IMG/VR virus record: IMGVR_UViG_3300020049_002596
Location: 1 to 64,000 of that record
Direction: 5' to 3' (one strand)
Length of the DNA stretch: 64,000 nucleotides
DNA from: a virus
Taxonomy: Duplodnaviria > Caudoviricetes
In this document: positions 19,124-28,861 of the stretch, piece by piece
How the letters are laid out: every line of letters begins with the position of its first letter
Position numbering within the stretch: the first letter of the stretch is position 1
The notes under the pieces: generated by a model
The model's input: only the letters and a program-made list of their open reading frames with translations
Databases searched by the model: none
Told to the model about the DNA's origin: nothing
Made by a program: the position numbers and the translations under genes

Positions 19124-20391
19124 ACAAACCTTTCTTTAAAATTAGTAAATCTTACATACTCTATCTTAGATTGATCTAAGTTTTCAATAGCAGTCTCTAA
19201 CCACTTCTCATCTTGAGTTGATTCTGAAATTACTATGTATAAATGGGCTTCATGGCCAGGTCTAAACCTAATCAATCTCCCAATTCTTTGTACCAAGTCT
19301 TTCTCCTTAGAGTTTAACTGACCTATAATACCTGAATCTACACCAGGAAAATTATGACCTTCATTGATTGCTTTTACACAAGATAATCTATTGATTGTCT
19401 CACTTTTAAAAGCATCATAAAATGCATTACCTGATTTAGAGTGATAAAATGTAGGACAAACTTCTTCAGCTTGCTGTATATTACCACAAAATACTATAGT
19501 TCTGTCCTCTTTAGGGATTACTTTATCCAACAGATACTTAATGACTTGAGTCTTAGAAGGTATCTTATAAATGAACTGCATTCTACCTAATATTGCAAAT
19601 TTCAACTTACCTCTTCCTTGTGGAGTTTGGTCATTCATACAGGATTGTACTCTTTTATTCCAATAGGAGTAAGTAGCAGATTCTGTAGTCATGAAAGGGT
19701 TAGTTTTATTTCCTCCAGGTATGTTCTTTGTAACATTATCCAAAGGCACTGTAATAACAGTAATCTTATATGGTGCTACAAATCCTAACCTAACAGCTTG
19801 ATCTAAAGTTAGTTCATAGACAAGTTCAATGCCTAACCTTCTAAGTATCTCTACTTTAACAAGGTCATTAGGTGGTGTTGCAGTAAGTAACACAGCTCTC
19901 TCTATTTCATTACTCATAAAGAATTCAGATGCCAACTCTGTAATATTATGGCCTTCATCTAAAATGGCTATAGGAAATTCCATACCCTTAACCTTAGATG
20001 CAGAAGCATAACAAAGTCTTTCAGTGTGTTTCCACACATTTCTTGCATCCCATTTTTCAAATTCTTCCTTCCAATTCTCATCCCTAAGCTTTTCAGTAGG
20101 TACTAAAAGTGCTGCATGATAATCATTTTCAGGTTTAAAATAATATTTAGCTAGTTCTACTGCTACTCTAGACTTACCTGAACCTGTGGCCATAGCTACC
20201 ATTCCACCATTATTAGCAATAACTGCTTGTATGGCTTCAGCTTGGACCTTCTCCCTAATCAAATTTACAAAATGACTAACTTCTTCAGGCTCTGTAATTT
20301 TCTCTCTTAGAGCTTCTATTTTGTCAATATAGGTTAAAACTGACTGAGGTGTTTTGAAGAGTACCTCTAACTCTCTGAAATACTTTTTCAT
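19120..20391 (-). CDS. Superfamily 2 helicase
   Basis: ATGSGKS, DEGH, TAT, NEG, QRIGR. Confidence 0.92.
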   Translation of the reverse strand: MKKYFRELEVLFKTPQSVLTYIDKIEALREKITEPEEVSHFVNLIREKVQAEAIQAVIANNGGMVAMATGSGKSRVAVELAKYYFKPENDYHAALLVPTEKLRDENWKEEFEKWDARNVWKHTERLCYASASKVKGMEFPIAILDEGHNITELASEFFMSNEIERAVLLTATPPNDLVKVEILRRLGIELVYELTLDQAVRLGFVAPYKITVITVPLDNVTKNIPGGNKTNPFMTTESATYSYWNKRVQSCMNDQTPQGRGKLKFAILGRMQFIYKIPSKTQVIKYLLDKVIPKEDRTIVFCGNIQQAEEVCPTFYHSKSGNAFYDAFKSETINRLSCVKAINEGHNFPGVDSGIIGQLNSKEKDLVQRIGRLIRFRPGHEAHLYIVISESTQDEKWLETAIENLDQSKIEYVRFTNFKERFV

Positions 20392-20645
20392 GCAAAAAAC
20401 TGTTTAGTATACCCTATAGGTATGATAATTAATTTTACTTTCTGTGTAACTCCTTGAGCTCTTAAGTCTTCTTCTGTTCTCAAGAAGAAAGGGTGATTTT
20501 TATCACTGATAAAAGTTAAAGGAAACAAAGAATGATTTTCTAACTCTTCAAGGACTTCTTCTTTTGTAAGTCCTCCTTTTAATACTGCTATAGGTTGTGA
20601 CAAATAGAAAGTAAACATGTCTGTGTAATTAGTGGCTCTCTGCAT
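20388..20645 (-). CDS. Hypothetical protein
   Basis: ORF in operon. Confidence 0.5.
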   Translation of the reverse strand: MQRATNYTDMFTFYLSQPIAVLKGGLTKEEVLEELENHSLFPLTFISDKNHPFFLRTEEDLRAQGVTQKVKLIIIPIGYTKQFFA

Positions 20646-22515
20646 AATTCTTTCCTATGTCTATACTTATTCCTAATGGTACATTGAGTTTCAATATCTC
20701 ATTAGTAACAGCTATAGCTCTGTTAAGTTTGTCTTTTACCTGTTGTTCCTCTGTCTTTAGAAATGTAAATCCAATTTCATCATGATATTGAAGACTAATC
20801 TTAATACCTTCTTTTCTTACATTTCTAATGTGTGTGTCAAAACAAAATACACCTGTGCCTTGATTTAGAGTACTAAATCTGTCTTTAGGTTGTCTCAAAG
20901 AATACCAGAATCCACTAACAGGGTTATACAACCACATTTGTTTTCCTACTTCTTTATAGACTGCATCATTAGTAATTTGCTTCACAGCTTTATTTCTTTC
21001 CCAATAGGTTTTATGCAGAGCTGTGGCTTCTTCCAATGACATACCTGTAGTTAAGGCTATTTTTGGTGGTCCTGCTCCGTAAACACCTGAGAAGTTTACT
21101 ACTTTTGCTTTTGTTCTAACTTTCTTATAAGAAGTCCCTTCTTTACCTCCTGTGCTCTCATACAATTTATGGTCAGCTACCTGTTCAGGTGTTAACATAC
21201 CTGATAGTACAGCAATATCAAGATGGGGATCAAATCCTGGTATCCTCATTTGTGTTACATATTCAGGGTCATAAAAATACATGTAGTGTTGTTTAGTAGT
21301 ATCCTCCAATGAAGACATATCAGAACCACAGAATAAATGGTCAGTATCAGGGGCTATAATAGCACCTCTAATTTCCTTACCATAAGGTTTATCTACAGAA
21401 GGCAGATTGGCAACAGGTTTCTTATGTTTAAATCTAAGAGTGTTGGTAAATCCTGCCACTTGAGATACCATTTTACCTTGCTCATTAGAGCATTCAAGAA
21501 ATCCTTCTAGTACACCTACTCTATGCTGAAGCATAAATAAGCCTTTAAGGTTTTCAAGAACAGGATGAGTCTCTGCCAATAGAATAATGTTTGCACATAA
21601 TCTTTTGTCATTGTCCTGTAGTTGAGGTATTGCTCTGATTTCTCCTGCTTTATTAGGAGTATGTTTGAAGACAGTTGGTTTCCAACCCAAATTGAATAGC
21701 CAATCTTTAAGCTGAGATATTGAAGTAGGATTAGGTTCTTCTACAGATTTAACTGTAGACACCTCTCCTTCATAATCAGCCTCTAATCCATTGTCAGATA
21801 AGAGTTCTAACCAACCTATTCCAGCTTTGGTTAATTCTCCTTTGACTGTAAGCATTTTACTTGGTTTAGTCTTAATAGCATACTTGATTTGCTTTGGCAT
21901 TGCTGCTATCAAAGCAAGTTTTCTTTCTTCTACAAGACCATTCAAAGTTTGTAATGTTGCTTTACAGTATTCTCTGTCAATAGTTAATGGATATTCTTCT
22001 TGTTCTGCAGCACAGTCTAATTTCCAAGTGAGATAATACATTATTCTTTCTATAGATTCTCCAGCATAAATATCTTTAAGATAGCTGATGAAATTTCCAA
22101 AGATAATAGAATTGATTACCACATCTGTAGAACATCTGTGTACATAATCTTCAGTTGCTAGATTTTCCCAATCAGCAATATGAGGCTTAGCTACTCCTAT
22201 AGTCTCTCCCCATGACTCTAGTCCATGTTCTTTTCTTTCTGGATACAAGTACCAAGAAAGAGCTAAAGTGTCAATTATAGTGCCTGTATGCACATATCCT
22301 GTGAGCTTTCTAATAGCAGGGAAATCATACCTAACAACATTGTGGCCTATTAAGACCTCTTGGTTAGATAAAAAGTTTGCTAGCTCAAAAGTATTGGTGA
22401 TTACAGTCTCACCTATTAATTGATTACCTTCATAAGTATGGGCTACAAGACAGTGAAAAGTAGTAAGAGTTTCTAATAAGCCATCAGTTTCTATATCAAA
22501 AATAGTGTATCTCAT
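20629..22515 (-). CDS. polA: Family A DNA polymerase with 3'-5' exonuclease
   Basis: DIETDG, HN..YD, DMSSLE (A), RTKAKVVNFSGVYG (B), YHDE (C). Confidence 0.95.
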   Translation of the reverse strand: MRYTIFDIETDGLLETLTTFHCLVAHTYEGNQLIGETVITNTFELANFLSNQEVLIGHNVVRYDFPAIRKLTGYVHTGTIIDTLALSWYLYPERKEHGLESWGETIGVAKPHIADWENLATEDYVHRCSTDVVINSIIFGNFISYLKDIYAGESIERIMYYLTWKLDCAAEQEEYPLTIDREYCKATLQTLNGLVEERKLALIAAMPKQIKYAIKTKPSKMLTVKGELTKAGIGWLELLSDNGLEADYEGEVSTVKSVEEPNPTSISQLKDWLFNLGWKPTVFKHTPNKAGEIRAIPQLQDNDKRLCANIILLAETHPVLENLKGLFMLQHRVGVLEGFLECSNEQGKMVSQVAGFTNTLRFKHKKPVANLPSVDKPYGKEIRGAIIAPDTDHLFCGSDMSSLEDTTKQHYMYFYDPEYVTQMRIPGFDPHLDIAVLSGMLTPEQVADHKLYESTGGKEGTSYKKVRTKAKVVNFSGVYGAGPPKIALTTGMSLEEATALHKTYWERNKAVKQITNDAVYKEVGKQMWLYNPVSGFWYSLRQPKDRFSTLNQGTGVFCFDTHIRNVRKEGIKISLQYHDEIGFTFLKTEEQQVKDKLNRAIAVTNEILKLNVPLGISIDIGKNYAESH

Positions 22516-22518
22516 AAC

Positions 22519-22920
22519 TTAATAATCTAAAATACCTGAGTCTCTTATAGATTCATACAATGCATCTTTTTGAGCAGGAAATAAAACTGTGTCTTTTATA
22601 ATCTCTTTTAGTATTTCTTTTCTTGAAGAAATATCTAATACATTAGTTCCTTGAAGTGCATTCTCAATTCTCAAACACAATTCAGAAACTACTGTGGCTC
22701 CTTTTTTCATGTGGTCTTCTTCATCAGCTTCTTTTGGAGTGATTAGTTTAGACACATACTCTTCTAAGTGAGGTAATACAGTGTTTAAAGATTGTCTAGC
22801 TTTTTGTACTAACAATCCATTGGCTTTCATTGTTTCAAATCTGTCAAGTAATGCTACAGACAAAGAAAGACTTTCTATTACTACATCACTAAGCTCTTGT
22901 GAACTTAATTTAGTTGACAT
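22519..22920 (-). CDS. Hypothetical protein
   Basis: 133-aa ORF. Confidence 0.65.
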   Translation of the reverse strand: MSTKLSSQELSDVVIESLSLSVALLDRFETMKANGLLVQKARQSLNTVLPHLEEYVSKLITPKEADEEDHMKKGATVVSELCLRIENALQGTNVLDISSRKEILKEIIKDTVLFPAQKDALYESIRDSGILDY

Positions 22921-23200
22921 AGTCTATCTCATTGATAAACAGATTATTATAAGTTCTTCCATTCTTTTCAGAACCTATAAATACAAAACCAATTTCAACT
23001 TGATCTCCAGGTCTAATACCTAATTTATCAATTCTTGAAATGATTACATCTCTAATCTCAAAGAAAGCTTTTTGACCATCTTCTGTGGTAATAGTTACTA
23101 CAGCTCTTTTCTTAGGTGCTCTTCCTTCAACTACAATAGCTTCAGGAGTGGTCATTTTTTCAAAATACCCTATAAAAGGGGTTAACAATTTCTTGTTCAT
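22910..23200 (-). CDS. DUF3127-like OB-fold ssDNA-binding protein
   Basis: GDQVEIGF..G....GRTYNNL pattern. Confidence 0.6.
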   Translation of the reverse strand: MNKKLLTPFIGYFEKMTTPEAIVVEGRAPKKRAVVTITTEDGQKAFFEIRDVIISRIDKLGIRPGDQVEIGFVFIGSEKNGRTYNNLFINEIDYVN

Positions 23201-23202
23201 AA

Positions 23203-24474
23203 TTAAACATTGTATAAAATTAATAAATCACTTGCTCTAGTTACTCCAGTATAGAATAACCTTTGCTTTTCTTTCTCATTTTGATTGTAACTCACATCTC
23301 TGATGTTTAAGACTGTGGTTTTGTAGGTACTACCTTGACTTTTGTGTATAGTAAGTGCATGATTATACTTGAAACTTGCAAAAGTAGCTAAAAAACTATT
23401 TCTTTCCTCAAATGTTAATAAGTTTTGCTTACAATTCTTGTTCATTATTGCAGCATACCTTTTAAATAAAGCAAGAGAAGAGTCATCTAGCACTAAAATA
23501 TCTTTGTTAATAGAATATACTACAAAGTTTGCTTCTTCAGATACTTTTTGCTTAACAGTGTTACTTAATACAACTTCAAGAGTGAGGTTATGCTTATGCA
23601 AATCCTCAACTTTGACAGTCTCATTAGTATGGTATTTCTTGTAAGGTGCATCAAACACAATAGTCTCTCCTAACTCTATTTTAGCAGGATAATCACCATA
23701 TATTCTATGCCTTACTAAAGCATTAACTTTGTCAACTTCTCTGTTACTCCAAGCAAGATACTTGAATTCATCAGTTCCATTAACTTTAGCCAATTCCTCA
23801 ATAACTTTTGCTAAGTTTTGAGTATGCAGATAACCAATATCATTTCCTTCATCATCTGATAACAGATTAGATTTCTTATCCCAAATTTTAGGTAGATCTC
23901 TACTAAGAGTAATGATAGGATTGCCATTGCCTTGCCTAATAATTTCAGTAAGCTCTACTTCAGCATAATCTTGATGAAATATTGGGCTATCATCTTCTCC
24001 TACAGGATTAATTTGCTTCTCATCTCCTACAAATATTACTACAGTATTTTGAGCTGTAGCACATTCTTCTATGGTCTTAACCATTTCAGAATCTACCATT
24101 GAAGCTTCATCAATTACCCAGTAATCTATGTTTTTTAATGGTGGCCAATTAGCATTAGGACTTGACCTAAATATTCTCTCTCCTGTTTTCTTGTCAGTGA
24201 TACTCCTATAATGCAAAGCACTGTGTATTGTAGTGAATTTAACTTCATCAACTTGTACTTTGGTTCTGATTACAGATAGTGCTTTATGTGTAGGAGCTGA
24301 ACACATAATTCTTTTAGCTTTTGTTCTTGTAGTAAGGTGCTTGACTATTGTGTGTACTAGCCATGTTTTACCTACTCCAGCAGAACCTTTTAAGAGAATT
24401 CTATCTTCTCTTGCTTCAATTAGTCCTATGACATCATTGAACTTTTCTCTTTGATGGGTTGTTAAACTACTCAT
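23203..24474 (-). CDS. Dda/RecD-like SF1B helicase
   Basis: GSAGVGKT, APTHKA, DEASM, GD..Q, TIHKSQGST, YTGVTRA. Confidence 0.93.
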   Translation of the reverse strand: MSSLTTHQREKFNDVIGLIEAREDRILLKGSAGVGKTWLVHTIVKHLTTRTKAKRIMCSAPTHKALSVIRTKVQVDEVKFTTIHSALHYRSITDKKTGERIFRSSPNANWPPLKNIDYWVIDEASMVDSEMVKTIEECATAQNTVVIFVGDEKQINPVGEDDSPIFHQDYAEVELTEIIRQGNGNPIITLSRDLPKIWDKKSNLLSDDEGNDIGYLHTQNLAKVIEELAKVNGTDEFKYLAWSNREVDKVNALVRHRIYGDYPAKIELGETIVFDAPYKKYHTNETVKVEDLHKHNLTLEVVLSNTVKQKVSEEANFVVYSINKDILVLDDSSLALFKRYAAIMNKNCKQNLLTFEERNSFLATFASFKYNHALTIHKSQGSTYKTTVLNIRDVSYNQNEKEKQRLFYTGVTRASDLLILYNV

Positions 24475-24489
24475 TTATCTACTAATGGT

Positions 24490-24532
24490 AAAAAAAAGAT
24501 AAAGTGAAGGAAAATCCCTCACTCTATCTTTT
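24490..24532 (-). terminator. Intrinsic terminator
   Basis: AAAGATA.AGTGA / TCACT.TATCTTT stem plus T-run on the minus strand. Confidence 0.6.
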
Positions 24533-24543
24533 GGTTAATAATA

Positions 24544-25233
24544 CTATAGAACTTCTTGTCCTACAGATACTGAATTCATAACTCCAGCTAATTCTGCTCT
24601 CATAGAAGCAGAAGCATAGAAGTCTGCAGGATCTTCAGTTCTTAAATCTTGGTCAGCAGTAGCAGTAGATTTAAAGAAATCTGCTTTGTACTGTGGTTTA
24701 CCATTTTTCAAGATTAACTGACCTGCTTGTGGGTCACCTTCTCCATAACGGATTGCTTGCTTATCAGCAATTGCATCCATTGTAGTCAAACCTGCATTGA
24801 TTGCATAGTTTTGATTATCAGAGATGATTGGTTTGTTTGCATAGATTCTGTAAACAGTAGCTTCAGGTAATGCAGCCAATTTAGCAGATACAGATTCAAC
24901 TGTAGATCCTACTGGCACATCAACCCATACCACTCTTTTAGATTCTGATGCATATTCTTTTTCAGAGAAACCAAATTCAGATGTACTGAACGGGTTATCT
25001 TGAAAATTGTTACTTACAGACTTTGATGGGTAAAATGACTTTGTAGTCACAGTCTGTTTAATTTCAGCTGTAAGAGTTCCCTCTTTTTGATAAGCTGTTG
25101 CGTGTACTCTTGAAATTTCTAAAGCTCCTTTAGACATTTCAGTTCTTTTTCCTTGTTCTTGTGTGCTTGCAATTGTGTTCATAATAATTTGATTTTGTTT
25201 TCTAATTGCTTCATAGTAAAGGTAATAACCCAT
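24544..25233 (-). CDS. Hypothetical protein
   Basis: 229-aa ORF; may start at internal MNTIAS. Confidence 0.7.
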   Translation of the reverse strand: MGYYLYYEAIRKQNQIIMNTIASTQEQGKRTEMSKGALEISRVHATAYQKEGTLTAEIKQTVTTKSFYPSKSVSNNFQDNPFSTSEFGFSEKEYASESKRVVWVDVPVGSTVESVSAKLAALPEATVYRIYANKPIISDNQNYAINAGLTTMDAIADKQAIRYGEGDPQAGQLILKNGKPQYKADFFKSTATADQDLRTEDPADFYASASMRAELAGVMNSVSVGQEVL

Positions 25234-25466
25234 TCCACTCTTAGATTAATGATTTGATTTTTATCTATATTATACCTTTGGTTAATTAAAAAGTCAGAGA
25301 GATTTTATTAAAGATCATGGCAAGGCCAAACACTTTCTATTACTCTGACCCAAACCTCTGTACTACAGCTTGTCTGTGACCAGATTACTACAATATTCAG
25401 AGCTTAAAAAGCACATATTGTTTGAATACAATGGGATGAAGGACCTCGTGTTGACAATGTTTGTAG

Positions 25467-25561
25467 TGGAAAGTACAGGATTTGAACCTGTGTACCTATT
25501 TTTCAAGGATCTTAGCCTAAGATTATGAGAACCTCCCTCATAATTCCAAAATGAACTTCCC
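25467..25561 (-). tRNA. Atypical tRNA-like element (acceptor and T arm intact, D/anticodon region non-canonical)
   Basis: GGGAAGT pairs with ACTTTCC plus discriminator A (G3.U70); T arm ACAGG-TTCAAAT-CCTGT; 95 nt. Confidence 0.55.
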
Positions 25562-25565
25562 TTTG

Positions 25566-25969
25566 TGGACCCGCTGGGAGTTGAACCCAGGTCTTAAATA
25601 CTTCAATATTAGAAATTTATACAGCTTGTTTTACCAATGTGTCTTTTAATTCTGCTTTGGCAATGCAAGAATAGGGTCAACTGTTAAGAAGACCTCCACC
25701 ATCCAGTTTTCTATCCTGGCAAACTGAGTATTAATCTACCTATTTTTGGTTAGGCAACCATCGCCAACTCTTCTCTTGAAGAGAATAAGTTAATAACACC
25801 ATTGATGATGCTATCTACTACATTCATATTAGCTGCTATTTGTGCGTTGTCTTCTAAAGATACTACACTGTTGTTTGTGTTTCCAATTACTTGATTCACC
25901 TTAGTTTACAGTTATCTCTCTGGCTGATTTCTAACACATAACATACCTAATCAAAGCCAAGTCGGGCCC
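25566..25969 (-). ncRNA. ssrA: tmRNA
   Basis: 5' GGGCCCGAC.TTGGCTTTGA; 3' GACCTGGG-TTCAACT-CCCAG-CGGGTCCA; 7-bp acceptor with G3.U; internal tag ORF 25884-25750; 404 nt. Confidence 0.92.
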
Positions 25970-26203
25970 ATATTATAAAGTCTTAACCTTGTTTATACTC
26001 TACTTAAAGGAATAGGTAACCTTAATTCAGAGACCAGGAATAATATGATTCAATTCCGTTGTCATTTTGGAGGATTCCTGAAGCTTCTCCTATCCTGATT
26101 AAGACTTTAAGAGTTTTGTTGGATAAATAAGAGTGAAAGGGATACTTCCATAGAAGCTTTACTCCCTTTTCAATCTCATCGTTAAATTTAATCCAACCTA
26201 AAT

Positions 26204-26464
26204 TTAATTTAAGGCTATTCTATGCTTAAGAATATTGTTACTCTCTTGCAAATTAGCATAATCTTTTTCCATCTGTGCTAAATCCTCATCTCTAAGTTTA
26301 GCCAGTTTTGTGACAACAGCCACTAAGATTTCATTTTGTTCTTTAGAGCTAAAATCTCTTCTTAACAAATACACTACCTTATCTACATACTCACTTTGTA
26401 CTTCAGGTACAGGATTTAGTAATAAAGATAACTGTGTTCTCAATTGATTTAAAAACTTCTTCAT
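26204..26464 (-). CDS. Hypothetical protein
   Basis: 86-aa ORF downstream of a motif copy. Confidence 0.6.
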   Translation of the reverse strand: MKKFLNQLRTQLSLLLNPVPEVQSEYVDKVVYLLRRDFSSKEQNEILVAVVTKLAKLRDEDLAQMEKDYANLQESNNILKHRIALN

Positions 26465-26594
26465 AATATTATTTATTTTGATTGGACAAATGTATTAAGG
26501 GCTATCTCTAGCCCTCTAATACTTTTAGTATTGGATGTAAATTAAACTCCGTAATGTTAATTTATGAGCATTACATTCTTAAAGAATGGCTGTA

Positions 26595-26622
26595 TTTATG
26601 CTACAAATTAGTGAGGGTTTTG
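26595..26622 (-). promoter_or_regulatory. Phage early-promoter-like motif, copy 1
   Basis: CAAAACCCTCAC-N8-AGCATAAA. Confidence 0.65.
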
Positions 26623-26656
26623 AGAGGAGGTTAAAAAACAAAAAAGAAAAGAGGAA

Positions 26657-26977
26657 TTAATTCCCCTTATCTTTACTTGCATCACCTGGTTTGGTAGCTT
26701 CAGCTTTAGCTACAGTCTCTAGAAAATCTAAAAGACTTTCTAATCCACTTTTAGGACCTGAAACTCTTCTTTCTTCTATAAGATCTAATGCTTTTGAAGT
26801 AGCTAAATAAAGAATTTCTTCTTTTGTAAACTGGTCTTTCAACAATCTAGCTACATTACTAGATTTAACTTTGTGGATAGCTAGACTAAGATGTAAAGCT
26901 TTCATCTTTGCATTTAAGTCTCTAACATCTACTCTTAATGCCTCATGTAAGGACTTTGCTTTGTGATTAATCTTCAT
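26657..26977 (-). CDS. Hypothetical protein
   Basis: 106-aa ORF. Confidence 0.6.
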   Translation of the reverse strand: MKINHKAKSLHEALRVDVRDLNAKMKALHLSLAIHKVKSSNVARLLKDQFTKEEILYLATSKALDLIEERRVSGPKSGLESLLDFLETVAKAEATKPGDASKDKGN

Positions 26978-26995
26978 GATTACTTGTTTTTAAAT

Positions 26996-27466
26996 TTATA
27001 TTAGTTTACTAAATTCTGTTGGTGTGTAATTTATTACTTCAGCACATACGTTGATGTATCTAGGGTCATCCAGACTATTTTCATGAACATGCCCATGAAT
27101 ATTGAATGAATATCTAAAGTCAAGTTGTGATGGATGTATTGGACAATGTGTAAGAATGACTGTCTTCTTGTAGTCAATCATTCCTGCCACTTTGTTTACA
27201 TATTTAAGAAGCTCTTTAACATGTTGAGGTTCATCATGGTTACCAAGAACCACTGTTTTATTACCTTTTAACTGACTTAATATAGGATAGTCTCTCACTT
27301 TTTCCATAGTGACATCACCAAGTATAAATACTAGGTCATGCTTACTAATAACTGAGTTCCAACATTTAATGATATGAGTATTCATATCATCTGCACAGGT
27401 AAATCCTCTTCTTATGGCCATGTTTTCATGTCCTAAATGTAAATCAGATATAAAAAATGTACTCAT
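26996..27466 (-). CDS. Calcineurin-like metallophosphoesterase
   Basis: SDLHLGH, LGD, GNHD, TH, HGHVH. Confidence 0.92.
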   Translation of the reverse strand: MSTFFISDLHLGHENMAIRRGFTCADDMNTHIIKCWNSVISKHDLVFILGDVTMEKVRDYPILSQLKGNKTVVLGNHDEPQHVKELLKYVNKVAGMIDYKKTVILTHCPIHPSQLDFRYSFNIHGHVHENSLDDPRYINVCAEVINYTPTEFSKLI

Positions 27467-27468
27467 GA

Positions 27469-27681
27469 TTAGCTTTCTTGATAATGTTCGCCATCATTTC
27501 CATTCTGACCTACTATGTCCATTCTTTTGTTGCCTTCCTCTTCATTGTATAAATTAAGAGGACTAGTCTTCTCTGCTAAATACTTTTCATATTCAGGTAC
27601 ATAAGTGACTAATTCTTCAAGGTTTATCTTAGTAATACCTTTGGTTTCTTTCAACCATTTACATAGACCATCTATATTCAT
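27469..27681 (-). CDS. Hypothetical protein
   Basis: Ends with RMDIVGQNGNDGEHY. Confidence 0.6.
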   Translation of the reverse strand: MNIDGLCKWLKETKGITKINLEELVTYVPEYEKYLAEKTSPLNLYNEEEGNKRMDIVGQNGNDGEHYQES

Positions 27682-27685
27682 GATA

Positions 27686-27970
27686 TTATTTTGAATTAAA
27701 TTGGTTAAACTTTCTTATTGCATTTTTGCTATTTAAAGCAAAGCAAGAAAATACACACTCTGATTTAAGCATAGGCTCTTGAGTTCTATCAGTGGTAAAT
27801 GTACCATCTGCCCTAAAAGAGAAGTATTTATGGTTACTTGGAATTTTAGGTCCAAAACTTCTACTAAGATTAGGTTTTACTTTTCCTTGATTAGGGTTAT
27901 AACTGAGGTTTTCCATAGCTGATGCCATTGCACTCATACCTATGAAAGCTAGTATTGAGGATTTCTTCAT
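27686..27970 (-). CDS. Hypothetical protein
   Basis: 94-aa ORF. Confidence 0.6.
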   Translation of the reverse strand: MKKSSILAFIGMSAMASAMENLSYNPNQGKVKPNLSRSFGPKIPSNHKYFSFRADGTFTTDRTQEPMLKSECVFSCFALNSKNAIRKFNQFNSK

Positions 27971-28302
27971 TATTTCTTTACTTTTAAAAAGTTCTCTACT
28001 AAGGTTTTGATGATTATTTCATCAGCATGACAATCTTCATAGCCTGTCCACACTAAAGAACTTGTAATAGCATCAGCTAATTCTTTATATGTTTTAGGAG
28101 TGTGAGATAAGAAAGCATCAATGCCTTCTTCCATGTCTTTAATTGCTTCTTTAGATGTATTCCAACCTCTATTGATATGTGAAGGATTTCCTTTAGAAGA
28201 TATACCATTACAAGATGTGGCAAAGTAGAATTCATCATGCATTTCATGAGTATAAAGCTCAAACTCTATACCCTTATAATTTATTTTCTTTAATGTGTTC
28301 AT
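27970..28302 (-). CDS. Hypothetical protein
   Basis: 110-aa ORF. Confidence 0.6.
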   Translation of the reverse strand: MNTLKKINYKGIEFELYTHEMHDEFYFATSCNGISSKGNPSHINRGWNTSKEAIKDMEEGIDAFLSHTPKTYKELADAITSSLVWTGYEDCHADEIIIKTLVENFLKVKK

Positions 28303-28510
28303 AATTATTAGGTTAGATTGTGGATTAAATTGTTAATAACTTTATTACTTAAGAGTTAAAATAACTTGATTGTTAAATTTATTTCTTATAACTTTGCCTC
28401 TCTGAGTTTCTCAGTCCATAGCATGGACAAGAGTAAATTCAGGACCACCTTCAGGTGGACTTGGATATAGTAATGAGTTTCTTTCTTTGGTACTTTCTTT
28501 CTTTGTAGTA

Positions 28511-28550
28511 TAAAAAGTAATCCTCTAGTCTTATGGCTAGAGGATTCTTT
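28511..28550. terminator. Terminator hairpin
   Basis: AATCCTCTAG / CTAGAGGATT flanked by A and T runs. Confidence 0.65.
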
Positions 28551-28554
28551 GTTA

Positions 28555-28644
28555 TTACTTACAGATTGTTAGCATTGATACTAATAGTACAATGTAGATT
28601 GTATATACAGAGTATATAGCAAAAGATTTTAATTGCTCTTTCAT
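28555..28644 (-). CDS. 29-aa membrane peptide
   Basis: Hand translation MKEQLKSFAIYSVYTIYIVLLVSMLTICK*, directly after the 28649-28861 gene. Confidence 0.5.
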   Translation of the reverse strand: MKEQLKSFAIYSVYTIYIVLLVSMLTICK

Positions 28645-28648
28645 TGTT

Positions 28649-28861
28649 TTATTGTTTAGGGGTTATACATCCTTTGTAAATGCAAATGATTAGGTTAACA
28701 CATGCTATTAACATGAATGGTAACCAATTAGGTAAAAAGTCTCTACTTCCTTCTAATGTGCCTACAAAGAAGTAAGCTAAGAAAATAATTACTGAAGCAA
28801 CAAACCATATTTCCCACATAGTTTGTCTTGATTCTTCTGATTGTGTACTTGATTTTTTCAT
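28649..28861 (-). CDS. Small 2-TM membrane protein
   Basis: Two hydrophobic segments. Confidence 0.6.
   Translation of the reverse strand: MKKSSTQSEESRQTMWEIWFVASVIIFLAYFFVGTLEGSRDFLPNWLPFMLIACVNLIICIYKGCITPKQ

Noticed and set aside
25400-25466. Theta/HDV-like ribozyme next to the tRNA-like element
   Set aside because: The CCTCGT-like loop is on the opposite strand and I could not build the nested double pseudoknot
25467-25561. tRNA-Sec/opal suppressor or tRNA-Met call
   Set aside because: A UCA anticodon needs a weak stem and C33; the CTCATAA loop has no supporting stem
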